64,000 bases of DNA from contig OZ024742.1 of NCBI GenBank assembly GCA_964016885.1, positions 253,518,001 to 253,582,000 of the forward strand. The letters are read 5' to 3'. This DNA is from Eledone cirrhosa. Taxonomy: Eukaryota. The translations under genes and the position numbers were made by a program. Positions 25,530 through 38,577 of this stretch are shown piece by piece; the stretch's first letter is position 1, and every line of letters starts with the position of its first letter. The notes under the pieces are model-generated. The model searched no databases and was not told where the DNA came from. It saw only the letters and a list, made by a program, of their open reading frames with translations.

Positions 25530-26090
25530 GTTGAGATGGATTTTGACAATTTCGACCCCTACCAATGGTACAGCTGGTCCACCCAGGGTCACAGTATTTG
25601 ACACAAGCCAAAGCACTGTCCGCTGGAAAAAAATTGTTATTTGATAGTTCCCGGTATTTTAGGATTTTATTCCATTCAGCAATGCAAGCAGTGACCCTCA
25701 CATTTACCGCAGCATTCATGATGTGGGAGGTAGCAAAAGAGTCACTGACTGTGCTGTCCTAGATGAGACATCTTACTCAGGGACAAATAATAAGACCATC
25801 TGGTCTCTTCCCATCAATTCTGGATAATCTAGCTGACTCCAAGACTGAGGGGATATTTACCCGAGCTAGAGCCTGCTTAATGATCAGGTTTAGCTCGGTG
25901 TGGCAGGTGAAGCAACAAGCATTCAAGTGGCAGGACAAGCCATGGATGTCTCTGGAGTTGAGGGACTTACCACAGTGACATCTCAGATCTCCACAGACAT
26001 CAGCTTCTACTCTGAGTGCAATGGAGATGTGGAGCTCACCCAGACTGAGAAGACCACCAATGTGGGCCACAAACACGGCATCAATATATG
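25530..26090 (-). pseudogene. CRE-like non-LTR retrotransposon C-terminus (zinc knuckle + restriction-like endonuclease)
   Basis: ALRV..CHCG..DIHGLSC..HTELNLIIKQAL..IPSVLE..DGKRPDGL..KY.EL. Confidence 0.75.
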
Positions 26091-26094
26091 AGCT

Positions 26095-26483
26095 CCTCTA
26101 ACAAATTTAAAAGTGAAGTTACAACAACCTAATGTAGCGGGATGTTTGTGCAGGAACTGGTTGACATGCTCACTAGACAGAGCCTATAAATCAGATGCTA
26201 TAATCTATGGGTTAACAGTTAAGTCAACTAATCCCGACCAGAACACCAACCTTAATTGATATGTTGGGCTCATGGAACGGCAGTTCAAAGAGCATTATAA
26301 TATCAATACAGTGTCATTTCATTACTGGGATGAAAGAAATTCAACAAAATTCTCCAGTTATACCTGGAAATTGAAAGAAAGCTCCATAGATTATAACATC
26401 AACTGGAAGATTGCAAAAAAGAGGAGACTCTTTATTAACGGAAACAAGAAATGTGGATTCTGCTATGCAGAAAATGGCTCAGC
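26095..26483 (+). pseudogene. PLE GIY-YIG fragment (Naiad-like)
   Basis: YVGLMERQFKEHYN..NSTKFSSYTWKLKE..INWKI..KKCGFCYAE; homologous to 29333-29800. Confidence 0.7.
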
Positions 26484-27050
26484 TTGAAGAGGGTACATAA
26501 GAAATTAAATTGCATACATATACAACAGATGCAGTGAGACTTCCAGTGGAGCCACCCACATTAGAAAGTTCTGCAGGGTGTTAGAAACCCAGCATCTCTC
26601 TACACACCACGGCAGAACCCCTAATCTAGAAGAAGGACCAACCCAGATAATCTTTGCTTCTTCAGAATTCCACACTTTAGCGAAGAAACAATCAATGCCA
26701 TAGACAGGGATGTTGGGAAGGAAGGCGTTAATATCAGACTGGTCCACTTAATACATTCCCTGCAGAGATGCCGATCTAAAACAACAGCTTCTCAGCGAAC
26801 AGAACACATGCACCTGAAGCAATTGCCCCATCCACAGCACCAATTATTGCCTGTATACCTATGTAGTGTTCAGGTTGGAAGTGCAGCCAATTCCATATTG
26901 CCAACCCTATTCGACCCCTGCACGACAGAATAAAAGAACTTGCTACCACTAACTCCTCATCATTCTACAAACACATGAAGAAATGCAAAAACAAGGATAG
27001 GAAAATAACCACCACCATCTTGGCTACTGAATGCAGTAAAGGCACCCTGA
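26484..27050 (+). pseudogene. Degraded PLE thumb/GIY-YIG fragment of the 2273-4802 family
   Basis: CSETSSGATH..VLET; CPIH..IRPLHDRIKE..SSFYKHMKKC..TILATE. Confidence 0.75.
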
Positions 27051-27550
27051 ATTGCACTGTATTGCTTAATATAACATAATTATGTTCTTTATTTTTAATA
27101 TTATATATATATATATATATTTAATTAGAAAGTGAACAACGCAAAATATAACTACTCCATTACCAAAGGTTTCTGGATCCCAGACAATATTAATATATGT
27201 CTGGATCGGTCATAAGGCAGAGATGTTATGGATAAAAAATACGAAATGTGATTTAAAATCTGTTAAAAATTGGAAGTGAGGCTGGAAAAACCCCGGAAAT
27301 ATACATAAGGAAAAATATATAAAAAAATGGTAAGAAAAATAATATATAAAAATAAATAGCAATATATAAAAAATCATATGTGTATATACATATACACACA
27401 GATATAAGTGAAATATATATATGTATATATACATACCTATATATATATATACGCAAACATACATATACACGGACACCCATATACACCCATACACACACAT
27501 ATATAAATATATATACACATACACACACATATATATATATACACATACAT

Positions 27551-27584
<34 letters not shown>

Positions 27585-28619
27585 GGAAACTATATTTATA
27601 AAACGATATGATCCGAGTTCAAATCCCGCCGAGGTTAACTTTACCTTTCATCCTTACGGGGGTCGATAAAATAAAGTACCAGTAATACACTTGGATAATT
27701 TCTGGCCTTGTGCCAAAAGTAGAAACAATTATATATATTTCAAGGGTACCAAAACTTTCGTACGCTTTCATCAGATAAAACACAAAGTTTGTTTTATAAA
27801 TTTTGACATAACCAAGAAAAGATACCTTAACGGTTCATGTTTTTCTTGGATAGTGAAGGGAAAGAGAAGAAAAGTCAGATATTTAAAATTATTAAGATGA
27901 GTATGCAAATGAGGTTGAGGTATAGGGCTGAAAAAACGTTATTTTAGACGCTATGCAGAATTTAAATAATTAGGATATATGTAGGAGTAGGAAGAAGAAA
28001 AAAAGAAAGAAGAGATTGTATTTATGTTAATTTAAAAGGAATTAACAATTTGCGGGAAATTGTGGAATATGATTCCAGAATTTAAAATTATTTAGCTATA
28101 TTTAGAAAGCACCTGCATACCGAAATATGGCTTTCTCAAGATTCTGTAACTTGTGTATCGAGGAAATTTTTTTATATAATTAACTGTCAAAACTCTATTA
28201 ATCTTAAAACAAATATACACACACAAGTATATATATATATATACACACAAGTATATATATATATATATATACACACATATATATACATATAAATAAATAT
28301 ATATATGTACACACATACGTATGCAAACATATAAACACACACATACACAAGTACAAATATAGATTATATATATAGAATATATGCATATATATATATAAAT
28401 AAATATTTTATACATATATAAACGCATGCATACATATATACATATATACGTTTACATAAACATACATATACATACATGCACACGTACATACAAGTACATA
28501 CATACATTGGCGCGTACTTACGACCATACAATCGTATACATACATAGACATGGTCACCTACAAAAATACATATATAGGTGGGTTAAGGATTAAGAGGACT
28601 CAGTAAATGAGTGAAAAAT

Positions 28620-29340
28620 AAAAATATAATTGTGGTATAAAATAAGTGTTGAAAGTATGTGATAAAGGCCCAGGGTGGTTAAAATAAGAGCGAAAGTTCA
28701 GGAGATGATGAAGTCAATAAGTAAATAATATATAAGTGTAAAATAAAATAAAGTAAAATAAAATAAGTGTTGAATATGTAAAAACGTTCAGGATGTTTAA
28801 AATAAGTGGTTAAAATTAGAGAGAGTGTTCAAGGTAAAAGTCGATGAAGAAATGGATAAAATAGGTGTAATATAAAATAAAAGTGTTGACAGTATGTGGT
28901 AAAGGGTGGTTAAAAAAGGGAGAGTGTTCAGGAAATGAAGAAGTCAATAAGTGAATAATATAAGTGTAAAATAAAATAAAATAAGATAATATAAGTGTTG
29001 AATATGTACGAATGGTGTTAAAAATAAGAGAAAGTGTTCGTGGTAAAATAATAGGTGTTCAAGGTAAAAGTAAAGGAAAAGAAGAAATGAATAAAATAGG
29101 TGTAATATAAAATAGGAGCATAAAATAAAATAAAATAAAATAAAATAAAATAAAATAAATTAATAAGTGTTGAAAATGTAAAAAAAAGGGTGTTTAAAAT
29201 AAGGGAGAGTGTTTGTGGTAAAATAAAAGAGTGTGTTCAAGGTAAAAGTAAAGGAAATGAATAAAATAGGTGTAATATAAAATAAGGGCATAATATAAGA
29301 TAAGTGTTGAATGTGTGATAATGAGAGAGTGTTCAAGGTG
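28620..29340. repeat. Degenerate purine-rich tandem repeat in the probable PLE 3' UTR
   Basis: Recurrent AAATAAGTGTTGAA, GTGTTCAAGGTAAAAG, AATAGGTGTAATATAAAATA. Confidence 0.75.
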
Positions 29341-31177
29341 GATAAGTGTTCAAAATTGTGTTTTGATGCCGAGAAAAGAGATGCGTTCTTATATGTGGAC
29401 AAATTTTAAATATTTCAGAATTAGAGTTAAGACAGGTTTTGGAAGATTTCAGATTTTGTAGAATTCTATATTTTTCTGTTACAAACAAGGTAAACCTTCT
29501 TGTACTTTTAACATATTCTTTTGACTGGTCTAAAATAGACCAATCAATTTCATATGGGATCCCATGCTCTTTCATCTCCCACACTCTATTTGACAGCGCC
29601 GTGGTTTTCTTTTTATCCTGGTGACGAAAGGAAGCGACGTGTGCATAGTATCTTTTTTTAAGGTATCCTGGGTCATGCCCACATAACGTTCTCCGGTAGA
29701 AGGTTGGTTGGTATGAATAGGTCTTATAATTGCCTCATATACAACGGATATAATGTTGCATTTGTCTTGCAAAGGACATTCACCTGGATTTCTGCACGAA
29801 CATCCTGGGATTCCTCTGTCAGTTTTTCCGGTGATGATTTTTGATTTTATGGAAGGAGTGCAAGAATAGCTAATCTTGACACAGTTTACATTACAAATTT
29901 TGTTATATTTATGGTGATGGGTGAAATGATTATCTACTAATTCTAGGGAATTTCTACCTACATTAGTTTTGAGTGCTAAAGAGAAGGATGGTGTGAACCA
30001 GATTATTTTTATTTTCCTATTATTATGTTTAGAGGGCTTAGAAATATATTTAATTTGTTTAGTGAATCCGCTATTTTTAAGGGCCTTATTATAGCAAGGA
30101 GCTGCTTTATTAAATATTTCTTCAGAAGAAGAGAGGGTAGATATCCTGCAGCTAATATTAGGGATGAGGTTTTTAAATACTATGGGAGGATGGCATGACT
30201 GTTTATATATTTTAGATTCTCATTAGGTTTATGGTAAGGTTTAAATGAAGCAGTGAGTAAGTCAAGATTTATATCGAGGAAATTTACGTTGGTGAGATTA
30301 GTATCTATAGTAATTTTAAGGTTTAGGTCAGAGAAAATTTTAATTAAATCTTTACGAAAAGTGTTGAGGTCCTTGCCATTGGTGGTATGAGAAACTGCTA
30401 GTCCGTCGTCTCGATATAACCCGATAGTATGATTTGGGAGTTTTTCCTTTATTGTGTGTAGAAAGAACAAGCCGACCAAATTACACACATTTGCACTGTC
30501 AAAGGAACCCATAGAGGCAACAAAAGGGTTTTCTGGCTTTTATTTTTTTTACCCAAGTTTCATTTTTGGCAAAAAGTAGCGTTTTCTTGGCATGTAAAAT
30601 TACTTCCTCTTCTAAATCGGATATATTAGTGTAATTTTTAACGAATTCTAATGCTTTGGCTAATAAGGATTGAGTTATAGAGGGGTAGAAATCTATTATA
30701 TCGAATTGAGTGAATCTAGATCTATTTTTTTCAGGTATATTATTAACCCATGAAACTACTGAAGATGTATTAAGCTATTGATGAAGTTTTGTTTTACTTC
30801 TTATTTTAATATTATATTTCTTAAGATTTTTTCACTGGCAAGTCCAATTTCTCATTTAGCAGGGTTAATGAGTCTACAACTAGGTCTGTTATTGAAATCT
30901 ATTTTGTGGTCTTTCAGTGTAATATAGGCTTTACGTTTAGTTAGGCTTTCAGTTCTATTGTCTATTTTTAATTTACTTGCAATGTCTTTATCTTCATAAT
31001 TTATATTATTAAAGGTGTTATTTTTTGTTTTTTCGATATTTGGTAGTGATATTATCTGTTAAAAGTTGGTTATATAAATCGTTATTTACTTCATATAAGC
31101 TTTTAGTCTTATCAGAAAATACGAACTTATTATTAGAAATATCATTAGCAAGTTTAGTTTGAAAATTATTATTGTAG
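29333..31177 (-). pseudogene. Decayed PLE ORF (RT + GIY-YIG), Naiad-like
   Basis: CRLINPAK, QFDIIDFYPSIT, MGSFDSANVCNLVGLF, GLYRDDGL, IIWFTPSF, KISYSC, linker CSCRNPGECPLQDKC, VYEA..YVGMT. Confidence 0.88.
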
Positions 31178-31202
31178 CATATATGTGTATGTATATATAT
31201 AT

Positions 31203-31645
31203 ATTAGAATTGGTGCTCTGAAATAGCGATATATATATGAATGTATATATAGTGTATTTTGCAATACACTGTATGCTTAATTAAAAGCATTTTGAAGACC
31301 TTACGCTATTGTTTTAAAGTAGTGACTATATCCTTTACTTCTTTTTTCAGCAACCAAAGGGAGATAAGCTGACAGATCTCTGCTTCGTACTGTTGGTACT
31401 CCTCAGAGCTTAGCATTCCTTTTGCCTGCTGAAAATTATGAATGTTGGATTCTTATAGAATTCCAGTAATAATCAAGAACTGATTATACAGAGCGGCTGC
31501 CGGTCCAGCAAAAATTGAAAATTAGAATTGGTGCTATGAAATAGCGATATATATAAGAATGTATATATAGTGTATTTTTCAATTCACTGTATGCTTAATT
31601 AAAAGCATTTTGAAGACATTACGCTATTGTTTTAAAGTAGTGACT
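31203..31645 (-). mobile_element. 318-bp HHR-containing unit, about 1.4 tandem copies (retrozyme-like, family C)
   Basis: Direct repeat 31203-31327 matches 31521-31645; HHR lies between them; no ORF. Confidence 0.75.
31365..31412 (-). ncRNA. Type I hammerhead ribozyme (family C)
   Basis: UAAGCU-CUGAGGA-GUAC CAACA GUAC-GAAG-CAG AGAU CUG-UC-AGCUUA; GUC site; A15.1G substitution. Confidence 0.85.
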
Positions 31646-31649
31646 GTAT

Positions 31650-32350
31650 TGCAAAAGAGATGAGTCATAGTTTAAAAGACCACCACACACTGTGAGTAAG
31701 GGAGATGAAGTGAAGAGCAATGGGTGATGTGTTATATAAGTGAATGTCTTATAGATGTTCAGTGAAAGAATCTACTAGCCTACAAATAGTCTCACCTGTG
31801 TATATGAGATTACAGAAAAACAGTTAATGCAATAGATTACATTTCTAGTGGTACAGGGATAGGAAGTGAACATTGGCTTGGTCCAAGGATGGTGGTATTG
31901 TTGTTGATGTATGGCTAATGGTTTTAACATATTCAGTAAGAGATTCTGCAAGTTAGGGGCCTATTGAAGAAGGAGAGGGGATGTTCATGAAATATGGATG
32001 AGATGGTGAAGTCTAAACAAAGTAAGTGAGAATTATGTAGAATGGACCGTCACAGAGGTGAGGTTTTAGGCTGGAAATTGAAAGGGATGGGCAAGTGGTC
32101 GAATTTAGGTTGAGTTTAGGTTGTGAGGTCTGAAGTTTCATCAAGGTTGCTAGCTCAAAGAAGGGTGTTGTGAATTAACATTTGTAGGTAGGCATGCCAC
32201 ATAAAATGCTAGGCCATTATGTGGGATTGGGTTTCAAAATTCTTGTTCAAAGGTGGGTGGCAAAGACATAATAACTGTGAGTAGGGAATGGAAGATTTAG
32301 AGTTTGAGGGATGAGAAAAAGTGAAGTTGAGGTAATAGTGGGAGACAGTA
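31650..32350 (-). pseudogene. Old PLE GIY-YIG fragment
   Basis: Minus strand CTTRNVIYCINC..CNLIYTGETICRLVDSFTEHL. Confidence 0.7.
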
Positions 32351-32690
32351 AGTTATGTATGTCAAAAATCAATCGATATTAGATATAATTTTGTTATGTG
32401 ATACTATATCAATCGACTAAGATATAATTTTTGATGTGATACTATAGTAATGTTCTACTGAAAGAAACACGAAACACTTTTCTATTTCGTCGGATGTTTT
32501 ATAGATACAAATGCAAATGCGAACATAAAAATGAATAAAAATAAAAATAAAGATAAAAAATGAAAGAAAGCAATAAGAATATGAATAAAGATACAAAACA
32601 AAATAAAAGGAAGAAAGAATTGTAAAGAAATGAGGGGAAAGAGGAAGACACATGAGGAATGAAATGATATGGTTGTATAAAAGAATACAT

Positions 32691-32743
<53 letters not shown>

Positions 32744-33127
32744 CATCGGAAGTCGAATATACACCGGAAGTCTAATACACGCCGGATACTGAACATAGCT
32801 TCAGATAAACTTATATGTAAATATATGCGAACTAGACAGAATAATGTTGTTTCATGATAAGAAGATTTGGGGGCTTTTTAAAGTGTGAAAATCGGAGACA
32901 GGATATTAAACAGAGAAAACTATGGTGGTTTTTGTAAAAGACAGCCCGAGCAGAACTATGTGTGGAATACCGGAATTTTATTGAAGAATCACCATTAATA
33001 TATTAGATTTACTTCGAAATAGAAATATATATTTATATATGTATGTTATGTATATATGTATGCGTGTGTATTTCCCCCTACTATATACAGAATGTAATGA
33101 AATGAAAATATATGCTTGTTATACACT

Positions 33128-33167
<40 letters not shown>

Positions 33168-33168
33168 G

Positions 33169-33207
<39 letters not shown>

Positions 33208-33267
33208 CATATACTATCATCATTTAATGTCAGTTTTCCCTGTTAACATGGGTTAGATGTATACATT

Positions 33268-33304
<37 letters not shown>

Positions 33305-33749
33305 AAGAAAGAAAGATTTGTATTTCCTCACATAGGTAGAAATATAAAGAAAAGAAGTTGAAAATGCTCTTGAAGAAGATTTATTTATATGAACTCAACT
33401 GGTTTCATAATTTCATGATTTTCAATGGTTATGTGAGATGGAGCAGCTTGGAGCTATGCTGATAGATGCATTTCACATAACCTTTGAAAATCATTTAGTT
33501 TAATTTTCTCCAGTTCACTGAACTGACAAAAATGAATTCGATCTGCAATTCATAGAGCCGGCTTTTGTCACACTCTGTGTCATACTGAATCTTCCTGAGA
33601 ACTACTTTTAGAGAGCACATATCTGGAACGCTCAGCCAATTTCATGTTAATTTCACAAGGTGGATGTTCCGTTCATTGGAGCATTTTTTGTTGGAAATGA
33701 TAGAGATCTTACCTATATATATATATATATACATACATATATATATGTT

Positions 33750-34625
33750 GATAAGTAGAAGAGAGGACAATACTCTGATTCCATCGGGGGAAATGGCCAT
33801 GTTTGATATGTAGGAAAGGAACTGGCATAAATTCCCTAAAATGTATGCAATGCAGATCTTGAGTACACAAGAGATGTAGTGGGGTAGCAGGCAAACTAAC
33901 AGGTAGGGAAAACTATGTATGCAGTAGATGTACAGGGAAAGTTGGCAGTAGTAATCGCAGTGATAGACACATTTTTTCCAATGCAGGTGGGTTCTATAGA
34001 AGTGGTTGATAGCTTCTGGTACCTAGGTGATCAGATTAGCATGGGAGGGGGGTGTTCCGAGGCCATAGTATCTAGAATAAGGACGGGTTGGAAGAAGTTT
34101 AGGGAGCTGCTTCCTCTGTTGACAAAGAAGGGTTTCTCCCTGCGTACAAAAGGACGGTTATATGATGCCTGTGTGAGATGCGTGATGCTGCATGGTAGTG
34201 AGACATAGGCAGCAACTGCAGAGGATATGCGACGACTGGAGAGAAAGAAGCAAGTATGCTCCGTTGGATGTGCAATGTCAATGTGCGTGAACGACCAAGC
34301 ATGGATGAGTTGATAAAGAAACTGGGTATAAGAAGGATAAGTTGTAGTGTGCAGGAGAGAAGGCTGAGATGGTATGGACATGTGATGCACATGCAGGATG
34401 ACTGATGGGTAAAGAAGTGCCAAGAAATCCCAGTAGAAAGAAGACGCAGTAGAGGTAGACCACAAATAACATGAGCAGAGGTGGTGAGAGCAGACCTCAG
34501 ATCGCTGAAACTCACCGAGGAGATGACAAAGGACTGTGACAAGTGGAGAGATGCTGTGCTGAATAGGACCCGTCCAACCCTTGCAAGCAGGGAAAAGCAA
34601 GCATAAATGATGATGATGATGATGA
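33750..34625 (+). pseudogene. RTE LINE 3' fragment (PHD + C-terminus)
   Basis: GKWPC, IEVVDSFWYLGDQ, GWKKFRELLPLL, KGRLYDACVR, LRWYGHV; (GAT)n tail. Confidence 0.9.
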
Positions 34626-36743
34626 TATATATATATAGAGAGAGAAAGAGAGAGTGGAGTTACATATTCAATTATCTTGGAGTGGTTTTCACAAGTGATG
34701 GAAGGCAGGGGCTCAATTAAATGCGAGAATTGCTAGAGCTCGTGCAATAATGCACCAACTTCCGTATTTTGGTCATCAGTAGGTGTAAAAGCCAAACAAT
34801 TTGGGGCTTATGCTTATCTTTACCTATGGCCATGAATGACTGAAAGAATACAATTGAGAATACAAGTAGCTATATGGAGTTTGTATGAAGGATGTTTGGA
34901 GTAACATAATTGTATAAGGTTTATAGCCTGGTTACCTGATGTCACTCCAGGTACAGGCACTACTTTTCTGTAGGTCAATTGTAGACAGTTGCTTAGGACC
35001 CTCTGAAAGGTGTATCTGAGAACTGTCTCCATGAGCCCTGCAAAAATAAACGTGTGATGAAAAAGATGAAGAAACAGAGAGAAAGAGAGGGAGATAGTAC
35101 ACATTCACAGACACACATACATTCACACATCTCTCTCTCTCTCTCTCTCTCTTAGAGAATTTCTTAGAGAACCACCATCATTTAAACACAGAAATAGGTA
35201 ACCAAGGAGAAATAAAATACCATAAAAATAGGTCTATATAAATAATTCCAGAGAAAACTACTCACTCCAAAGGAAATAATCACCAGTATACATATAAATA
35301 TAGAACTACAACAGAAATCAAAACTTCAAAGAAAATAGACTCGACAATTGGGAATACAGAAATAATTGAATATAAGACTTAGAATTACTAAGAAAAGATT
35401 AAGACATGATATTTAATTAAACAGCAATTATTTTGATGATTAAAAGATATCTCATGGTGAAGTAATTTTAGCCATTAAAAAAAACAAGAAAGATGAATTT
35501 TTGCAACTCCTGGTATGTTATTGAATGACAAACACAGCAAAGTTTCGAATGATGATCACAACTTACAGTACTGATTTTAAAAAAAAAACATTTCATTAGC
35601 GCATTTCTTATAAAAACATGCCATATAATTATACATTTTAAGAGATCTAGTAATATGATTCATGATTAACCCTTTAGCATTTAAACAAGCCATAGCTGGC
35701 CAGAATTCTTTCACCTTTTTCTTTTCAAACTGGCTGTAAATTGCTCCTCATACTGAATTTAAGGTATAGTTCTCAAAATAAATAATATCAAAATTGCATA
35801 GATTAGATATTATGTGAGATATTATGTAAGGTAAAGCCTTTACTGTGAAAATCCAAAAGAAAATACAGAGTAAAATAAATGCTTAAGATATAACTTAACA
35901 AACGTTCTTCCCTATAATCATGATGAGAGAAGTTGTTTTTAGATAAATGTTATAAAATCAGTAACTTTTTATCATATAACAAGGAACAATTTCAGGTAGT
36001 TTGGTATTAAAAGGGTTAAAAAAACTTCTTCTATGTTTCTGTAATCAGATGAAGAGATGGCATCTACTGGCATCATTTCTAGATCAACACAGCCTGAACA
36101 CACATATACTGAATAGCATTGATTCAGTCGTTGTTTGACTGAAAGATCAGTGAAGAAGGAAACTGCAAACGAATGAATGAAGTAATTAATAGAAATTAAA
36201 TTAATCATTAGTAATCAAAAATTATTTTCATCTGGTTTTAGCTGTAAGCTTCATTCTCAATCGTCCGTGTTATTCTGGCAACACTATTTGATTATAATCA
36301 GTGATTGATCTCTGACATAGATAGAAATATCTCTTAAATATATTTTTGTAGGTTAGTTAGAAAGGAGGTGTCAGTGAAATAGCAATTTTGCAAGCTATCT
36401 TCAACTGACAAGAAAAATAGATTATGTTACTTATAATTCTTCTGCAAAGGTTTTTTTGTGATAATATTATCAACCTGCAATCATCATAATTCTATGTCTG
36501 CTTTTCCATGCTCACATGGGTTGGATGGATGTTTTATGCCCAAACTTTCTTCCGTTCATTGCATTCCCTAATCACCTGTAAGTTTCAGTATTTTCAAATC
36601 AGTTCTCACCACTTCTGTCCATGTCTTCCTTGATCTTCCTCGACTGCAGTTTCCTTTCACTGACAGTAGATCAATAATTTCAGAATAAATGTGTTTAGGG
36701 ATTCTTAGCAAATATTACTCTTTTGGAATAGGTATACTTTTAA

Positions 36744-36942
36744 CCCTTTAGCATTTAAACTGGCTGTAACCGGCCAGAATTCTCACACCTCTTTCTGTTC
36801 AAACCAGCTATAACTGACAGCTCATACGATATTGTTCTCAAAATAAATAATACCAAAATCATATAGATTCGATATTATGTGAGGTAAAGCTTTTACCGTG
36901 AAAATATAATAGTAAATAAAGAGTAATGTAAATACTAAAGGA
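36744..36942. mobile_element. TTAA-flanked piggyBac-like MITE; similar copy at ~35670-35895
   Basis: TTAA-CCCTTTAG...CTAAAGGA-TTAA termini; internal homology to the 35670 copy. Confidence 0.55.
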
Positions 36943-37374
36943 TTAAAAGAGAGTAATCTGCTAAAAACATCCAAGAAACAGGTGATAGTTTTAAACCATG
37001 CATTGTGTTACACCTGATATATGTAGTGTATACACTCCTTAAGAAGTCAAGCTCTTATATTTTGCCAAAGCATTTGGATTATTCAGTGTATCCCCATGTA
37101 AAAGCCAACACTATTTCTCTACACAAAACAAATCAATGTTTTTTAATCAAATGTTCTATGTCATTATATTTAGATTCATGCATGTGGAAATATTTACAAG
37201 AGCTGCAAAACATTATTTATGTACTTGGAGGTGTAGAAATATCAGTATTTATAATATTAATCTTAGTATCCATTTAGAGACTATTGGTATTTATTTATGA
37301 ACCACATGTTTATTGATACAATATTTTGGATTGTAGTGCAAATATCAGTCACTTGAGGGAAGAGAATGATAATG

Positions 37375-38200
37375 GGGTAGAAGAAATTCCTGTTGTGGAA
37401 ACATAACTTAGAACCAAAAGTGCTCAGATTAAACCTAACAAAGACCAAACTTTTAGTAAGTAGGAAAGAGTACAAGACTCTGATTCTATCAGGGAAGTGG
37501 TCATGCTCAATATGTAGGAAAGGAGTAGGTAGGAACACTATAAGATGTACACAATATAAGATATGGGTATACCAGAGGTGTAGTGAGATAGTACGCAAAC
37601 TAACAGAAAAAGTAAACTTAGTTTCTGCTACTTAGGTAACTTAATTAGCAGTGGGATGCTGTTCTGGGAGGATAGTGGCTAGAATAAAAACACGCTGGAA
37701 AATGTTTAGAGAGCTACTGCCTCTGTTGACAACAAGTCAAGGTTAGACTGTTGACAACAAGTCAAGGTTACTTGCATGAGAAGTGCAATGTTGAATAACA
37801 GTGAGACATGGATGGTAAACACAGAAGATATATAGATGCTGGAGAGAACTGAAGCAAACATGCTTCATTGGATTTGCAATGCTAGTGAACAACCGGACAT
37901 GGGTGAAGTGAGAGAAATATTGGGTTTAAAAGGAATCAGATGTAGTATGCTAGTATGGACATGTGACATGTATGGATGAGGAATGTTGAGTGAAGAGGTA
38001 CCAGGTGATGCCAATTGAAGAAAGCTGCAGTAGAGGAAGACAGAAATACTTGGACAGTGGTGGTAAGAGCTGATCTCAAAAAGCTGAACCTCACAGAAGA
38101 AATGATGAAGGAATGTTGTGAGTAAAAGCAGGCTTTGCTGGAAAAGACCCATCCAACCCATATAATCTTGGAAAAACATGCAAGATGAGAATGATGTAAT
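37375..38200 (+). pseudogene. Degenerate RTE LINE 3' fragment
   Basis: NLTKTKLLVSRK..SGKWSCSICRKGVGRN. Confidence 0.85.
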
Positions 38201-38331
38201 TGTTGCTCAGATAAATTTAACCTAAAATTATTCTAAAAAATTTAACAATTACATGAGTATATATTGTATGTATCTATACATGAGTATATATGGTTTCTAT
38301 AAGTGTATTGCATGTACCTATATATGAGCAT

Positions 38332-38375
<44 letters not shown>

Positions 38376-38577
38376 TTTACGTCCGCTTTTCCCTGCTTGC
38401 AAGGGTGAGACGGGTCTTATTCAGCACAGCATCTCTCCACTTGGAGTACATATATATATGCATATACTTGGTATGTATATACACGAGTATATATATGAGT
38501 ATATATAGTATGTGTATATACATGAGTATATTTAGCATGTTTATTTTGCTGAAAATGTTCAGAACAATTTGTCTACT

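Noticed and set aside
27158-27218. Long hairpin GATCC(C)AGACA..TGTCTGGATC next to GAAACC on the minus strand
   Set aside because: Core would be CUUAUGA and stem I does not pair; only a hairpin can be supported
29333-29900. Selenocysteine (UGA) recoding as in some Naiad PLEs
   Set aside because: Inspected conserved Cys codons (SYSC, CSC..CP..C) are TGT/TGC; no SECIS recognised
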